A DNA stretch of 64,000 nt from Raillietiella orientalis (GCA_036172245.1 JAYWIR010000015.1:1736001-1800000); one strand, 5' to 3'; shown: positions 48,697 to 63,290, counted from the stretch's first letter. A program made the numbers and translations. The notes: generated from the letters alone by a model not told the origin.

Positions 48697-49477
48697 TCCT
48701 CCTCCGGTGTGCAAAGGAGAGTGGACCCCCTTCACCGGGGGACCGCCTCCGGTTTCAAGATGGAGCAGGAGCCCTCACGGGCACCTCTCCAGTTGTTCAA
48801 AGGAGCGGACCCCCCTGTTGGGGGGTCCCTCCGAGTCGTTGCCTCTTCACAGAGTGTACACAAAGGAAGCAAGTGAGAGCGATTCCCCTGCGGGAAGCTG
48901 CAGCGCCCCTTCTGAGTTTCGGGAGCGTCCCTTAGGGGTTCTCTTCAGAGGAGTGAACAGGAGTGGTTCCCTTGCGGGTTCCCTCCGGAGAAGAAATTCC
49001 TAGAAGCGGATCCTTTCAGGGTCCCCTTCGGTGAAGTTGAAATGGAGAGGACCACCCCCCGTTACGGGGGTGTCCCTCCGGAGAGAATGAGGAAGGAGAT
49101 TCCCTTCGGGGTTCCCCTTCGGAGACAACCAGGGTGGGAGGTGCGATCCTCCCCGTCCGGGGGGGATATCTTCCCAAGCGTGAGAGGAACGGACTCCGAG
49201 CCCTTCCTGGATTCATAGGGCGGACCCCATCCCGGGGTGCCCCCTATCCTGAAGAATATTACACTGAGTAATTACACGTCCCCCCCTGCGGTTGCCGCGG
49301 ACAGGCGTGGAAACAAAACAGTGTGTTTAATGTTTAAAAAGAGCCTCGTGCCCCACGAGGCATGCGACCGGCTCTGAGGTACTTAGCGAACCAAAAAAAA
49401 GAACACTTAAAAAAAAAAGCTGGAAGGAAAACAGCGAAGACAGAAGAAAAAGAAGAACCCAAGGATTTCCATCGTCC
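48690..49477 (-). mobile_element. Retroelement putative 5' region with CCCTTCGG array
   Basis: Homologous to 37480-38150; ends in AAGGATTTCCATCGTCC. Confidence 0.75.
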
Positions 49478-49544
49478 TAGGCCAATAGTAACGATCTCCT
49501 CGTGGGGTCGCTATTGGCCTTTAAAAAAAAAAAAAAAAAAACAG

Positions 49545-49850
49545 AACTTGTCAGCATCCTGGATAGGATGCAGAGGCCCGATCCAGGCGTCCAGTGATCC
49601 CTTCCCTGCCCTCCCCTTCCCCCAAAAAACATTCCCTTCGCCGTTATCCTTCTTTTTGTTTCTTTTTGTTTGGGTTTCCTCTTCCCCTGCGCCTCAGGAG
49701 CGGACCTCGCCGGTCTTAGCACCGGGTCACGACAAGTCTTCAAGCGTGATAGAACCAAGTGTTCTACCACGACAGAAACCATCTATAGACTTTATTATGT
49801 AATTTTGTAAAAAATTATGATGATAAATGCCCCGGCATATCCGGGTGATA
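49545..49850 (+). mobile_element. Retroelement ORF2 end + 3' UTR/terminus
   Basis: ELVSILDRMQ; hairpin cassette; GATAAATGCCCCGGCATATCCGGGTGATAAA. Confidence 0.75.
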
Positions 49851-52800
49851 AACTTGTCAGATGATGGTCGATCTTCACAGTGACGATTCAAAGTTTTATT
49901 TGTATGCAATTCGTACTTTCGTTTCTGCTGTGGTTCTACTGAGGCTTCTACTGTAAGCCTTCCTTTGTCATTGCACTTATCTGATGCTAGAATCTCAATA
50001 TCTCAAGATTAATAAATCAAGTCTACTGTAAAACGAGAGAAAGCGTTATATATATATATATAAGCGTTTTTTCCCCTTTTCTTATTGAAAAATGATATCT
50101 CGACTTTACGCGCTTTGAATTGCATTTAATGAGCTTTTAGCGTAGTCATCCATTCAAGAAATGGGTCTTGATGGAAACGAAGCTGATCAATGGGCAACAT
50201 ATGTATGCAGACACATGAAAATAATTTTGCCACGTTATGAGATATCTTGCGAAATTAGAACTGTTCACATAGATAACGGAAACTTTCATCTTTTGCCAGT
50301 TGACTGAATTGGTCACGCAGAGTGCCAATCCTCCATGGGAAGGAAGAAGTGTCGAAAGCCAAATACCGTTCCAGTCGAGTGCATATTGATCTGTGAACTT
50401 GAATCAGTGTCAGTATGCCCTCCAAGTGTTAGCTGGAAATAAGACCTTACCTTTAGGAAATGAACTTGATAGATGCAAAAGCCGTGATTAAGACAACCTC
50501 TTTTCTGACTAGGCTTTCCCTGAGATTTCTTAATTACCATCTATTTTTTGCTACTCGGTTCCTACCATTTGTAATCCATAAAGTGTGTTGAAATGTTAAT
50601 ACCGCAATGCGCTTATATTCCGGTTCTAGTTAAATAGAAAAGGATTCTCCTTCTTCGAGAATTTGTTCTACTTAGAACACGATGCTATTTCCAGTTCGTT
50701 CAAGTGTAGTGACACGTGTCAACTTCCTCGATCCAAGCTTCTTTGCCCAGATCTCTCGGAGGCAGAAAAATTTGCTCTTTTACGGCAGGTTCATCTCTGT
50801 AATTCAGAAGCATCGTGCGAGAGGACTATTAACCACAGGCTTCGATGGGAAGCTTGGCAGCTGAACTCAGGTTTTGATTCATTTTGAATGGACACCCATA
50901 AAAAGAGTTCGATTGCAAGTCAGGAATACTTCGCGTTCAGTCCACTATCGGACGTTTTTTTTTTTTTAAATCAAACTCTCCTCACCTTCCTTCTCTTCCC
51001 TTTTCTACTCAAATATCTTGCTGAACCAATCTGGTTGGATCATTTTTGATTCGGAGATTGCCCATTTATCATAAGATTCAATCTATGCATAAGCAATCCT
51101 GAGCAGTTAGCACTAAAGCCAAACAAAATCTGAACGAGATGAAGTGCCCCAAATCGATCTTATGCTTCCTCCACTTTGCCTAATTCGAAGATCTCCTTTT
51201 CCTTTCTCTTGAATGCTGATGGAATCAAAATGAACTCATAGAAAAGGACTAACATTGAAAAACACGTCTTCACAGTGAACACATATTATTAAAAAACAGA
51301 TCTACAGCAATACATAAATAGAAACGAAAACGGTCCATTAAACCAATGAGGAACAAACACCGTATTACAGGTTCAATGCGCAGTCATGAAGACATGGATC
51401 TGCAGTTTTAGTGTACATGTGTACCCTATATCTTATTGCAAATGCGTTATTTATAACAACAACTTATTTAAGCATGTAGTAGAAAACGAAATCATGAAAA
51501 GATTGTAATGATAAGCTGAGGAGGTTTCTTCGCGGGATAGCTCTCTATAAAAAAAAAAACAATATTTTTTTGTACAAATAAAAAAAAAATGTTTCTTGTG
51601 AAGAATCGCAGGAAGCACTGTTTCTTGGTGTTAAAATTGTCAGAAATGATGAAGAAGGTCAAGAAATATGTACTCACTGAAAATTCAATTAGACTATTTT
51701 CCATGTCTGAATAATCTCCCAAGAGGTTAGTCGAGCAGCCAATGAAGACTAGCAACTATAGAGAGAGTAATGCACTAAATAAGAAAATAATACATCACTA
51801 AAATGAAGACAAATGCACAGCAACTGGTACCGAAGATTCCAGCAATGAAATCTGAAAATTTCACAGAGAATTTCACAGGCTCAGACAGGGTTTGCTTTTA
51901 AATTCCTTTTTCAACCCAGATTTTCCTTTCCTGAATCCTTAAGAGACAGCTTGAAGTCTGTCCACTGAAGTGATGATGATGGCACCGATTGTTCAGTATT
52001 CTTGTCAAATAGTGGCACCACGGACAAACTGTTCAAATCATCATCATTCCAGAATATCATCATGTGTTTTGAACTTCTTTTTTCTTCTGGCGTCCGAATC
52101 CAAGTCGGAGTCCAATGCCAGAGCAATCATTCAGGATAAAGCCCGTGACCTCATCATGAGCCCGGAAAGTTGTGCAGATACAGAGCTTACGCTTCCCGCG
52201 TGACAGCAAATGTGCTTTGTGGATTCGCAAAATGTAACCAAAGTCTGGCTAGAGGTAATGTCGGTGTTATTATTCTTTGCGAGTAATTCGTCTGCAAGTT
52301 TGACGAAAGGCATCTCCCCTCGTTGAAAATGAGAAGGAAAAATAAAATAAAATCGGATATTCTTGGAGAGCCGGGGGATTAACCAGCTGAAATCTCATTC
52401 GAATGTTGCTTCACGTGTTCAAAAACAAACGTACAGGGGAAAAAGAAACCCTCCAATGACGAACGTAAAAAACAAAAGAAACGGCTAAATGAACGAATCG
52501 TGCGGAATTATGATGTAAACTTTTCAATTAATTGCTTAAAGGAAACAACCCATGGCACCGTTACATACTCAGAAGATGACCACATAATCATTACGTGCTC
52601 GCATTGCCTTTCAGAGCACCTTGCTGTGTGCTTACCGAATTGTGGAGTGCTGGAAATGCGACTTGTACTTGCAAGATGATACCAAATTGCTTCAGTGTAC
52701 CTTCCGCGGCAATCGTGTACACACTTGCACGCTTTGCTGCCGAGCGCGCATCGTACACACTTTATTCCTCTACTTCACGTGCACAACATTCCAGCATCTT

Positions 52801-54229
52801 CACGCTGCGGGCAGATGGGAATTTGTTCCAGAAAAAAGTAAAGCCGAAGATTTGATAAACGGAGCAACTCTCTGTGAGGTGTCAGTGTGCACCTAGGTGC
52901 ACATCATCGGAATACCAATGCGATAACGGACTATTCATCGTGAATTTGCCTTGGTGGGCACGAGAAGTGTTCGTGTTCTCGCCCGTTCTTTCAACTTGCT
53001 TTCCATTTTCTCTCTCTCTTTCCGAAAAGCGCACTCCTCAATAGTGCTAAGCTGTGTGCTTCAGTTGTCAGCATCTCCTTACTGCTTAGCTGAGTTCTTC
53101 GAATGGCAGACCATAGCTGTACCAAATTAAGGGTGCAGGAGTGTTGAGAAGCCAATCAATTTTGATAGATTCAGAGTGCACAAATACAGATGCAGAGTAA
53201 CCGTTCTCAGGATGCTGAGAAAATCGAAAACCGTCATGCAGAATTTCCTGTAATCAAACAAGACATCCTTATCTGGGTTTGCGCATTCTGATCCTTCCAT
53301 TACATGAAAAACCCCTTTTCAATGCTAGCAAAATACTCATTTTGCAATTCATCAATCAATCTGCAGGACCTCTCGGGGCAAAAAAAAAAAAAAAAAGAAG
53401 GAAAACCTTATTAGTTACCTCCGATGTACCATTTCCTGAAAAATCCATCCAAATTATCCTTTGCTTAACAAATATTTCTGAGATTCTCGTTTCTTTTCTT
53501 CCTTCCTTCCTTTCTTTCCTTCTTTCTTTTTTCAATATGCTGTTAGTCGCTAGTCGTTACGTTAGTGGTAAATGCTCTAGTCGCTTCTTAACCAACATGA
53601 TCTCACGTTTAGGTTTGGTATCGTACACTGATACGCGCAGACATGCTTTTTTTTTTTTTTTTACCTTCAGTTTCACTCTTCAGAAGTTTTCCTTACTGTC
53701 AAATTGTGCCCAGCGTCTGTTCTTCAGTACTCACAAGATACCACAACACGCTTATTCAAATGGTGCATGCAAGAATGCGAACGAGATGCTCTCGTTAACA
53801 GGAATTTCGTTTGCTATCTCGATGAAAAGGACGTTTCCCTAGTGGAAATTCTCCAGTGTTCGTGGATCATGTATATGGCACGCGAGCACGTGATTTCGAC
53901 GAGATTCGACGCATTCTCATTCTCATTCCACTGTTGTGCCAAATCCTCTCTCAGTGATGGACTAGCAGACAATTACCTTTTCTCAGGTTGACCGATTTCG
54001 AGGGACAACAGCAAACAGGGATCTCGGTGCGCACCTCCTGTGGTTGTCGGGCTGGGTTCTTCCTTTGCGGTCCAGTAGTGGTTGGCTGCTGGCGGAGAGT
54101 TCCTAAGCCTCCTGAAGGAGGTTTTCCTTCCATTCAGGCTTTCCTTCTCTCCAGCTGCTTTCGTCCTCCTTCTGCCCATATTCGGTTTTGTTCTTATCAT
54201 GACTGGTGAGGTGACGGAGACGTGGATTT

Positions 54230-55075
54230 ATACCCAGTGGTCTGCATCATTCCTCTAGCAGGGCCTCTACAGGGTCGCATCGTTGACGAACTTGCCAAAT
54301 TCTGGTGCCACGACAAACCTCAATTCCGCAGACCTTGGAAGCCTTTTCGAGACTCCTGAAAAAGGACAGCGGGAATCGGGAACTGGGCGCCAGCCACCCC
54401 CTCGACGCGACGGTCTCCTTTCTCCCCCCTAGGCTATTTGCCTGCCGCCTTGCCGGTGGGACATGTGGAATCACAGGATGAAGGGAACTCCTCGGTGGCT
54501 GATCGGAGTGTTAAGCTGCGTACCCCAAGCGCCGACCCAAGATGGACTAATGCGCTGAAAGGAGCTCCTTGGAATTTCTCAGAAAGACCTGGAGGTTCCA
54601 TCGAATGTTCGAGTCCTCCGATCTGCAAGAGGGCTCCTGCGACTCGATGCCATCCCCCGAAGAGGGAGTCGCAGCCCAAAAGCAGCAGGAGAAACCACTC
54701 AACCTTCCTAGACGAAATATTGGTCTGCATCAGTTTCCCGGACAGTTCGGCACACCGCTCTCACTCCTGAGGGGCAGTGGTACCCTTCTTGCACTACAGC
54801 ACTGTTCATTCCATCGGGCTGGTTGCGGGGATCTCTCAAGAGACTCCCGTCCGATCGCCCTGCCCACGCCTCACCCACAGGAACAACCTCCGACTTCATC
54901 ATGTTCACTCTCGTGTAGCAGCTCAAAGAATTCCTCGAGAGGCGCCGCCGGGATTGACATGGCAGGGGAAAAAGATCGTCGGCATACAAGGACAGAAGGA
55001 CGGCGGGGCAGCCAGAGTTTTCTCTGTATGAGTTCAGCGCCAACTCGAAGTAGGTGCTAAACGGCATAGGGCTCA
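54230..55075 (-). mobile_element. Non-LTR RT remnant
   Basis: SPMPFSTYFE...LSLYADDL...VNMMKSEVV in ORF 54708..55076. Confidence 0.8.
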
Positions 55076-55453
55076 CGCTGTTCAGTCTAAGTCTGTCAGG
55101 CGTTGTCGAAGCCGTTCACGTTCGGCAGATGGTTGCCTTCGCACAGGACTGCTACCGGGTCTCCTGCTCGCTCTCGAACTGCAGTGCCTGGAAACAGGAA
55201 ACCGTTCAGACGTGGACGAGGATAAACGGACTGGAGCTTGGAAGAAACGCAATGCCTGCTATGTGCTCCGACTGCGCTCGCTGCTGGTCGAGGAAGATCA
55301 CAAAATGCTCCACAAAGACCTCATGGGTCCACGAAACGCCGCTTGCTGCTGCAGCGCTGCCTCCGCTTTGAGGGAGCCGTGACAGAGGCGACGCAACAAG
55401 CTGGCATTATCCTGAGATCTCACAACGAGACAAAACACTGCGGGGTTGCTGGA

Positions 55454-56100
55454 TTTTCACCCAGTCACTCCGAGGCGCTTATTGTGGAACATCTTACTAA
55501 TTTACAATAAAACAGTCAAGGAAGATCCGTTTTGCATAGTGTCACTGAAATCCCTCTACATCCATTGGACCAGAGACGACCGGTTCCGCTGGAGCGTTTG
55601 TTTCAATAGAGAGAAAAAAAAAAAAAAAAAAAGAACTCCAAACAAACAAACAAACAAGAAGCGTGGTTTCTTGTAATTCAAACAAACAAACGAAAGGTAG
55701 TTCAACTGGGAAGAACTCTCCGACCCGCGGGCAGGGAAGAAATTGTCTGCAACATTGAGGGAGTAGGGAGATGAACGAACAAATGACAAGTGGGTGGAGA
55801 TGGGGGCACCGGGACTGATGTCTCCTGAATCCTTCGTGAGATGTTGGTGATCTCCCTGCTAGGTTCCGGTTCCAGATGAGGCCACCTGCATGCTTTCTTC
55901 AGGGAAGCCATAGCGACGCAGACCGCCTTTCGCTTCCGCTGATGCAGCTTCAGCGAGTAATATTCCGGGAGGATGCCACGGACGCAACACATAGTAGAGG
56001 TCATGGCTCGACCGGCGTCGGTCGACTTTTGCGCCGCTCACGACGTTCACGAGGTGCGCGTGCGCGAGAAGCCGCAACGCCAGTGAAGCTCGCCTTGATC
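55454..56100 (-). mobile_element. Retroelement 3' fragment
   Basis: CCVRGIL...ACRWPHL; terminus AATAAGCGCCTCGGAGTGACTGGGTGAAAA. Confidence 0.7.
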
Positions 56101-57931
56101 ACGCGTCTCATCTTCAACAGCCCCTTCCCTCCCTTCACCAAAGAAAACCCTGCGGACTGTTCCGGAGGAGAGCGAGGTCCACGTGGCTCGCCTTTCCTTG
56201 TCGTCGCGAATTCCCTCGACGTTCCCAGCGGCGATTCGCGATCGGCGCAAAGAGGCAGCGACGTCCAGCCATTTCAACTTGGCTGACTCATAAATTCCAG
56301 TCAAATTTACTTTGCTGCAGTTTGGTAGGTCTGTTCAGCCTAAATTTACAAGAAGCACGCACTGTCTAATATAGTTGTGCATCCTCAGTTAGTGCCAGAG
56401 GAAGAATGGTCGATGACCCAGCAACTGAAGTGAGCCGGCCTTGCAGCGTGTCGCCGGAGGAGGAACGTCACTTTGAGACCGCACCCAGTCTGACACTGGG
56501 ACTAGCTGCAGTAGATGGTTCTGTTCTCCCGTGACAATACCATCCCGAGGACGACCTCTATGATGTGTCGACAGAGGATTTCGCCCACTCGGAGATCTCT
56601 CGAAGTCCCTTCACTAGTCGTGGTCGACCCCTTCACCCCACAATTTCATCGGGTGTTCGTTCATCCGTTGAAACTCTTCCTATTAGAGGAAACTCTCGAT
56701 GGAGAGTGCAATATCCACCCGGTCTTCTGGACCGTTAATAGCGCCTTCGGGTAGCATCGAGAGCGATGCGAGCATAGGAAGTGAAACGTTTCTCACATCT
56801 CTCCTCCATTTAAGTGCTGTAAATGAAGACAGTACGAGGAGCAGTTTGCCATTTTCGGATGCAAGGAAGACCTTGAGAGCCATCATGAAGCACAGACTAG
56901 CCCGGAGCGTCCGAGGGGCGGAATCCAAGCGGAGACGTCTATGCTCAGTACGGTCTTCGCTCCGTCCACTATGCTTCCAGAAGACGTTCTCGCCTTGTAT
57001 TCGGGAGTAGGGAGTATAGCATTCCTAGGGACTGCGACCTCTCTAAAACCCAAGGATGTCTAGCTGCAAAGGAAGCGTGACTGACTTCTGAATACAATAG
57101 TCTTTTAGGCTTTGAGCAGATTGATCTCAAAGTTAAGAAGACAACTTCGAGGAACTTTTTGCCGAGTCTGCTTCTGGGGTTTGTCGGCTAAGCAGCTCGA
57201 ATATGCAAAAGTTACATGCTGATGTATGAGCTGGCATCAGCAATAGAAGACTACACGTCTTCGACTCCAAAGGAGGGATATGATGGCTTCTCCTTTGGTC
57301 CAGCCTTCGAAGATTATCTCCAGATAAAGAACTATGACTGGTTCTGTGATTCCTCAACCTTACAAGGCACTCACTCTAACCAGCACGGTAGGCGGATTAA
57401 AGCAAGAGGAGACTTGCTAAGCAGAGCCAGAGTGATCACTCCATTTTGCCAATCCAGAATACTTTGGACACTTGTGGAAATGATTGAGATGCTGGAAGTC
57501 TCACCCCGAGAAATCATCTCCTTTTCGATAACGAGTATTTCTGAAGTTTATGGACATGGAGCAAACCACTGCGTCTATTCGAGGCGGAATTCGAGCACAA
57601 CCACACTTGACAAACATGTGTGTGGTTTGATTGCCTGGATGATCGCGGTCGATGATTTACAAATTAATATCGGAGAGAGGCTGATCTCGAAGGACATGTG
57701 GAATGGAGAGGCCCAAAAAGGATCGAAAGGGACCAAAGTGAGGTACGCTATAAGTCACGGCAGCCCGGGCGAAGAGTCCGGGCGCGAAGCTGGAAAAAAT
57801 ATCGCGTGTCCAACGTTTCGCCCAAAAACAAGAAAAGGAAGAAGGAAGAAACAACAACAACAACAATCGCGCGTGTTCCAGCCAACCGAGAAATCGTAAA
57901 ATTCTTCCGAAAGAGAGAACGACCGATAAAG

Positions 57932-59600
57932 TTTTTCATCCGATCACGCCTGGGAAACCTTTGTTCCATGAAAATAAACCAGTCGGGAACACGCTGGTTC
58001 CAACGAAGACAAAGGAAGTTCAGGGGGAGGGTCCGCCAACACGCAGGTCGGGATAGCCGGAAGTCCGGAACAGGAAGGAGGGGAAGGAGCACAGAGGAAA
58101 TAAAAGTGAGCAAACCCCGAGGGATAAGGCTTTGAGTTTGCTCCGTGTACACCGGCATGAATACATAAAAACCAGGAAAGGTACGGAGATAAAGAAAGAA
58201 TGAAAAACACAAAAAAATAACGGGAGGCTGAATACAAGGGTCAACACTGTCCGCCATTTCCTCACTTCGAAACCCTCGCTGGATGCCGGCGATCTCCTCT
58301 TGCAGGCGAGGCCACCCCGCAGCCGTCCTCATGTAGGCGACTGCCATCCCGGTGACCTCCCTTCTCTGCGTCGCCGTCTCCAGCACATGGCAGGCAGTGA
58401 CGATGGCATTGCCATGGTTGCGATCACCGCGTCCGTCTAACGTCCTTCCGGCGCGAAGAACCGACTCAGGAGGTTGCGGGCGGTGCCCTTCTGGTGCAGG
58501 GTTGGTGATGCCAGCCTCTGCCACAGTTTCTGGAAGGCCTCGCCGTCCAAAGGTAGGTGTGATGGGATCGACTCCGCCGACCCGCTCCTGGAACAGTTCG
58601 GGGATGCAACTCTTGCGGAAACGAGGGTGCTGAAATCTCCAGTGCAGAAAGAGCAGTGCGGCCTGTTTCCAGGAGAGTGGGAACGCAGAAGCGTTCACAC
58701 ACTGGAAGGGGGGGAACACAAGTTCCTCGGGGGCAACACTCAGAAATCGGCCGCACCGAAGGAGTCTCGTCGCCTGTATACGCAGAGCGGCAGCATCCAC
58801 CGACTCGTGCGTCTTCCAGCCACCAAGGAGTTTTCATTTTTCCTGCCATGTGCAGGAGAGCTCCCACCTCGACAGCTGGCAGCTGTCGGAAACGACGGAT
58901 GAAGAGGGTCAGACGGTGGTACGCAGAAAGAACGGAGCGACGAAGCCTTCGGTGAGTCGAGACAACGACCGGGCGATCCACACACGAAGGTTCAAACTTG
59001 CAAAACCACGTGGCTCGATCGCTACACAGCGGCGGTCAAGGCCACGATCAAAACAGGGTGGCCGACGAGGCCAATGAAGGCGCGATTGAGTTGACGATCA
59101 ATGCCAACGGAGGCCTGACGCTGCTGCCCTCTCCTCAGAACGCGAGCAACGTATCGAAAGGAGAGAGTCGAAAAGAAGTCATCTCGCAGAGGAGAGGGTT
59201 CCCCGACTCCTAGCTGGAGACGGGGAACCCGAGCGCGGACGCCGAAACATAAGGAACCACCAAAGGGCAGCCGAAGGCGGCGAGGAAGAACGCTTCCATC
59301 CCGGGAAAGGGAGGCACCCGCCGCGGGAGGCGAAAGCCAGCAGGTCGATGGGAAGAGGCCGTGCCCCCCTGGAGTGGCAGCACTCGGCGTGGCAATTGTC
59401 GCAGTGAAATCCTCCCGTGCAACAGAGGGGGCTGTGACCACCGGACAAAGAGAACCCTCTGGACTTTGCCCGACGCGGTGGAAGGGAAGCCTTCTCGCAG
59501 ATTCAGCTCGAGTGCGTCGATGTACGGGAACGTCTATACGTGTCCCTGAATTTCCCAAAGGACAGCTCAAATAACCTAATGAGACGCATCTTGAGCGCGC
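57932..59600 (-). mobile_element. Non-LTR ORF2 C-terminal half + 3' UTR (second subfamily)
   Basis: GYLSCPL (KYLG.PL-like), AALRIQATRLLR, AAGWPRLQEEIAGI; 3' part homologous to 34777-35300. Confidence 0.7.
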
Positions 59601-62399
59601 GTGGCGTTCGTTGCCCACATCTGCGATTGCAGCTTCCGTGGAGCCGCAGCGGCAAGAAGCCACGACGGCAGAGACGGTGGAAACGGGAAATTCCATCGTC
59701 TTCGTAATGAGGGCGGTGGTGAAAATGGCCTCACCCGACTCATCTGGAAGGGGAACTTGCCAAGGATACAGAGGACACCAGGGAGGTCTCGACGATCCCT
59801 TCCCTTGCCCCTTCCCTCTTTCTTAATATCCTTGAATAAAGATTTCCTTATTATTTCTTTTTTACTTCGACTCCCCTCGTTTTCTTTGTGCAGACCACTC
59901 GAGGAAATCTTCTAGCGACAACAGTGGTTTGCAGGACTTTCAGCGATGTAGTAAGATTACCCTCTCACCAAGGAGGAATGATCTTTCTTTCCATTGCACG
60001 ACAATTTATTTGTAAAGGTGCGTTTTTTTTTTTTTCCCACGATAAACGACCTGGAGTGATCGGGAGAAAAATTTCAAGGGAACTCAGCTCAAAGCATCCT
60101 TCGAGAAATGACGTCGGGGCACGAACACTACTAGTAGGAGGATGCGTCCAGCACCACCAGCTAGAAGACTGAACGCTATACGAACCCAAACTGCCACTTT
60201 GCCTAGCATCTCTCTCTCGAGACACCGAGCACGTGGCAGACTCTGAACGCGCTCTGGGATGCCTTCCTCCCGTTGCTCCTGGAATCCCTGCTGTTTCCAC
60301 GCCGACACCGAACTGCCTCTCCCACTGGCTTCCTGGACGCCGGCTACCGCATGCGGAGCGTCGCCCGAGTCGATCCTCAGGGGTGCTAGCGTCGATGTCA
60401 ACCTAGGAATGAGTTCCAGAACTGCTCTTTATTGGGAATTGCCATGAGCGAGTCCCTTGCGTATCCGGAATTCGTTCTTCCCATGTCTGCCCTTCACAGA
60501 AAAGGAGCTGTGTGGCCCCCTTCCGCAACAGCAGATCCCTCTTGCTTGGAAGGCACGAGACCCACCCTCTGCGCCACTCGTTTGCAGTCTCCTTCCCTCC
60601 CCCTGGCTGCGTCGAGAAGCCATGGGTCCAGTAAACGCTGTAGGGCTCTGTCAGACCCGAAGTGCGACGGAGGGACATGGCTCTGCCAGGCCAAGCCGCC
60701 GACCTCGACTTCGCGCCCAGCGGATGCAGCTGCGCCGACGCATGTCGAAGAGTGACTTCCCGCTTAGCCCACCTACCCGCTCTCACTGCCGGAGGGTCAT
60801 CACCAATGGATCGTCTCTACGCCCAGTGACCGGTTGCTCTTGGCGGCAGGAATCTCCAGAGACGAGGATCCTCCTTCCTGCCTGAGGCTCCTCACCAGGT
60901 CGTTCGAGACGAACCCCTCCTACGAGGAGGTGGCCTGCCAAAGGGACGCAGCTCCCCCGAGGTCCCGAATGTCCCCATCGCCGTTTAGGAGGCTCGAACC
61001 GCTCCCCTCCCGTGGGACGGACCCTACTCCGCAGCATCGGTGAGGCCACAAGGAGCGTTTCGCCGGCCTGTTTGGCATGGACACCGACCTAGAATGGCGT
61101 GTTCAGCTTGCTCCGAGACAGAAGAGTTTCATTCGGGAAACCTGCCATGATTTCGTGTTTTTCTGCAGGATGCCTCAGGAGATCAAGGAGGCACTCCGTT
61201 CCTCCTCAGTTTTGGGATCAGCGCTGTGTTCCCGGGATGCAAGCTCAGTGGAATCTTCGCTCAGTCCGGATGACCGTCCAAGGTTCCCAGTATCTTTGCC
61301 TCCAGATGGACAGCAGAGAGACAGGCTGCCTCCAATGGGAGGCTCGACAGTCGGTTGCCGCTAGCGCTCCCCAGGGCGCGGGCCTGCCAGACCCTTGAGC
61401 GACGCGCGATCCAGGGCACCGCACCGGCGTGCGAAGCCGCTCGCGGGGAGACCCGCTTGTGAGGATCTTCGAGCAGCCAGAGAACTCCTCAGTGAATCCC
61501 ATTCCGAGGCGATTTCGGAGTTTCAGGATTCTCCGTCTCCTCTTGTTCGCCACCACCGGCGTGCGCTGCCGTCTTGCTTTCGGCGCTTTGGGGTCCCCTG
61601 CGCCACGTCTGAGCGAAGCAGACCTGCATGTCGAGGAGTAGTGGATGAGCTGCTGGGACTGGAAAGCGGGATAACGAATTCGTGAGTTCAGCAACCTGAG
61701 GGTGGGGCCGGCTGAACTCGTGACGGCGCCCCATTTTCTCTCTTCCTCCCACCCTCCCTAGACAGGAGCGCGCGAACCACCTCGCCTTGGTTTCTTTGTT
61801 GGCTCCTCCATCTCCCGTTCCACCCTCTCTCCGCGTTCCTGCGTCCGCGACGAGGTTCGAACGCCCGTTCCGAACCTTGACGTGTCCGGATGGGGTCACG
61901 CGAGGGGTGCGTAGGCAAGGGAGCGTCTCCCACCAGAGTGCCGGAGTTCTTGAAGGGGGGCTGTCAGCTTCAGGGTCGGCTGCAAAGAATGCTTTGAGAG
62001 GAGGGGGGCAGCACGTAAGCAAGGGAAAACAAGGCAGGGGAAGGGAGAGGGAGGAGAAAGGATCAGGAGTTTAGTGCACTGCGTCTTGTGAGGCAGTCTG
62101 TTTGAGCGGTATCCTTCTTCCCTCCCCACCATCTCCTTCTGTCGAGGTTTGGACATCTGGTCGCCCTCCTCGGCGTGCAACTGGTCGTGCCGGTGGCATC
62201 CCGGTGCTGCGGGTGCTGCTCGACAACAGCGCCGCCTGGAGCGCTAACCCTGAGGCGGAACCCTCTGGGTCGTATACGAAGTCGTTTCGGATGTCCCGGG
62301 TGCGTCTTCCAGCTGCAACGGGACTGCCGATGGGTGTAGCCAGCTGCGCCGAAGGGTGCCACGACCCCAACACAGAGGAAACGGTCCCCCTCCTTGCCC

Positions 62400-63290
62400 C
62401 TAGCATGGTTCCAGGTGGCACTCTCCCTATGGCATCTTCATCTCATCTGCTTCCCTGGAATGAATGGCCCGGCGTGTCGACCCTGACGAGTCCTTTTGTG
62501 GCTCCCCACCTTCCTTCATCATGTTCCGATCTCCTTCCGAAGTTGAGCAAGTGAACTGATGAGACTTTGCAGGTGGAGCAGAGTCCATCATTTGGGTTTT
62601 CTGGGGAGCTCTCGAGCTCCGATGTGGTCTGCGCTCCATACACCTTTGATGGATTGGATGACGAGCGGCAAGCCCGGGTTTGGACAATGCAATGCCGGCT
62701 GCGAGTATTGCCAAATCTTCGATCATATGCAGCACTTTATTAGGAGACGTTTCTTTTTGTCAGTAGCTTTTGAACTTTCCTTGGAGTCATTCTGGACCGC
62801 TGATGTGGAGATTCTGCTGCATCGTTGCCTGTGGGATGGAGAGCAGCTGAGAGGAGGAAGCAAGCCTCATGGCTGTGTGCACCTTTTGCAGATTCCCCCT
62901 GCCGTATTTCCTGCGAGGGTTTCTCATCTGCCGTGTACGGCCATCTGTAGTTCCAGACAGTCGCATGGGGTCGAATTTCAAGGGGGAGGTGAAGATAGAA
63001 AAAACCTCCGAAACACACGATGCGAGTGTCTGGAACCCTCGCATGCGGCGACGAAATCCAAGGTCTCGTAGGCAGCCTCCATCTGAAGAAGGGAAGATGA
63101 TAGCTCCTACCTGAGCGCTGGAGCACAGTATGGAAAGGTCATCAGAGACTGTGCACGCGATACCAAGAGTGCTTGGTCTGATGATCTTCCTACCTCGCGT
63201 TGGAACACTCCCTTCCGCATGCGTTGGAACACTCCTCTTCGGAAACACCCGCAGAGCTTGTCGAGTGGTGATGAGCGGCTCATGGACCAC
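62400..63290 (-). mobile_element. Degraded non-LTR RT remnant
   Basis: LGIACTVSDDLSI resembles the AYADD motif context; multiple frameshifts. Confidence 0.4.
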
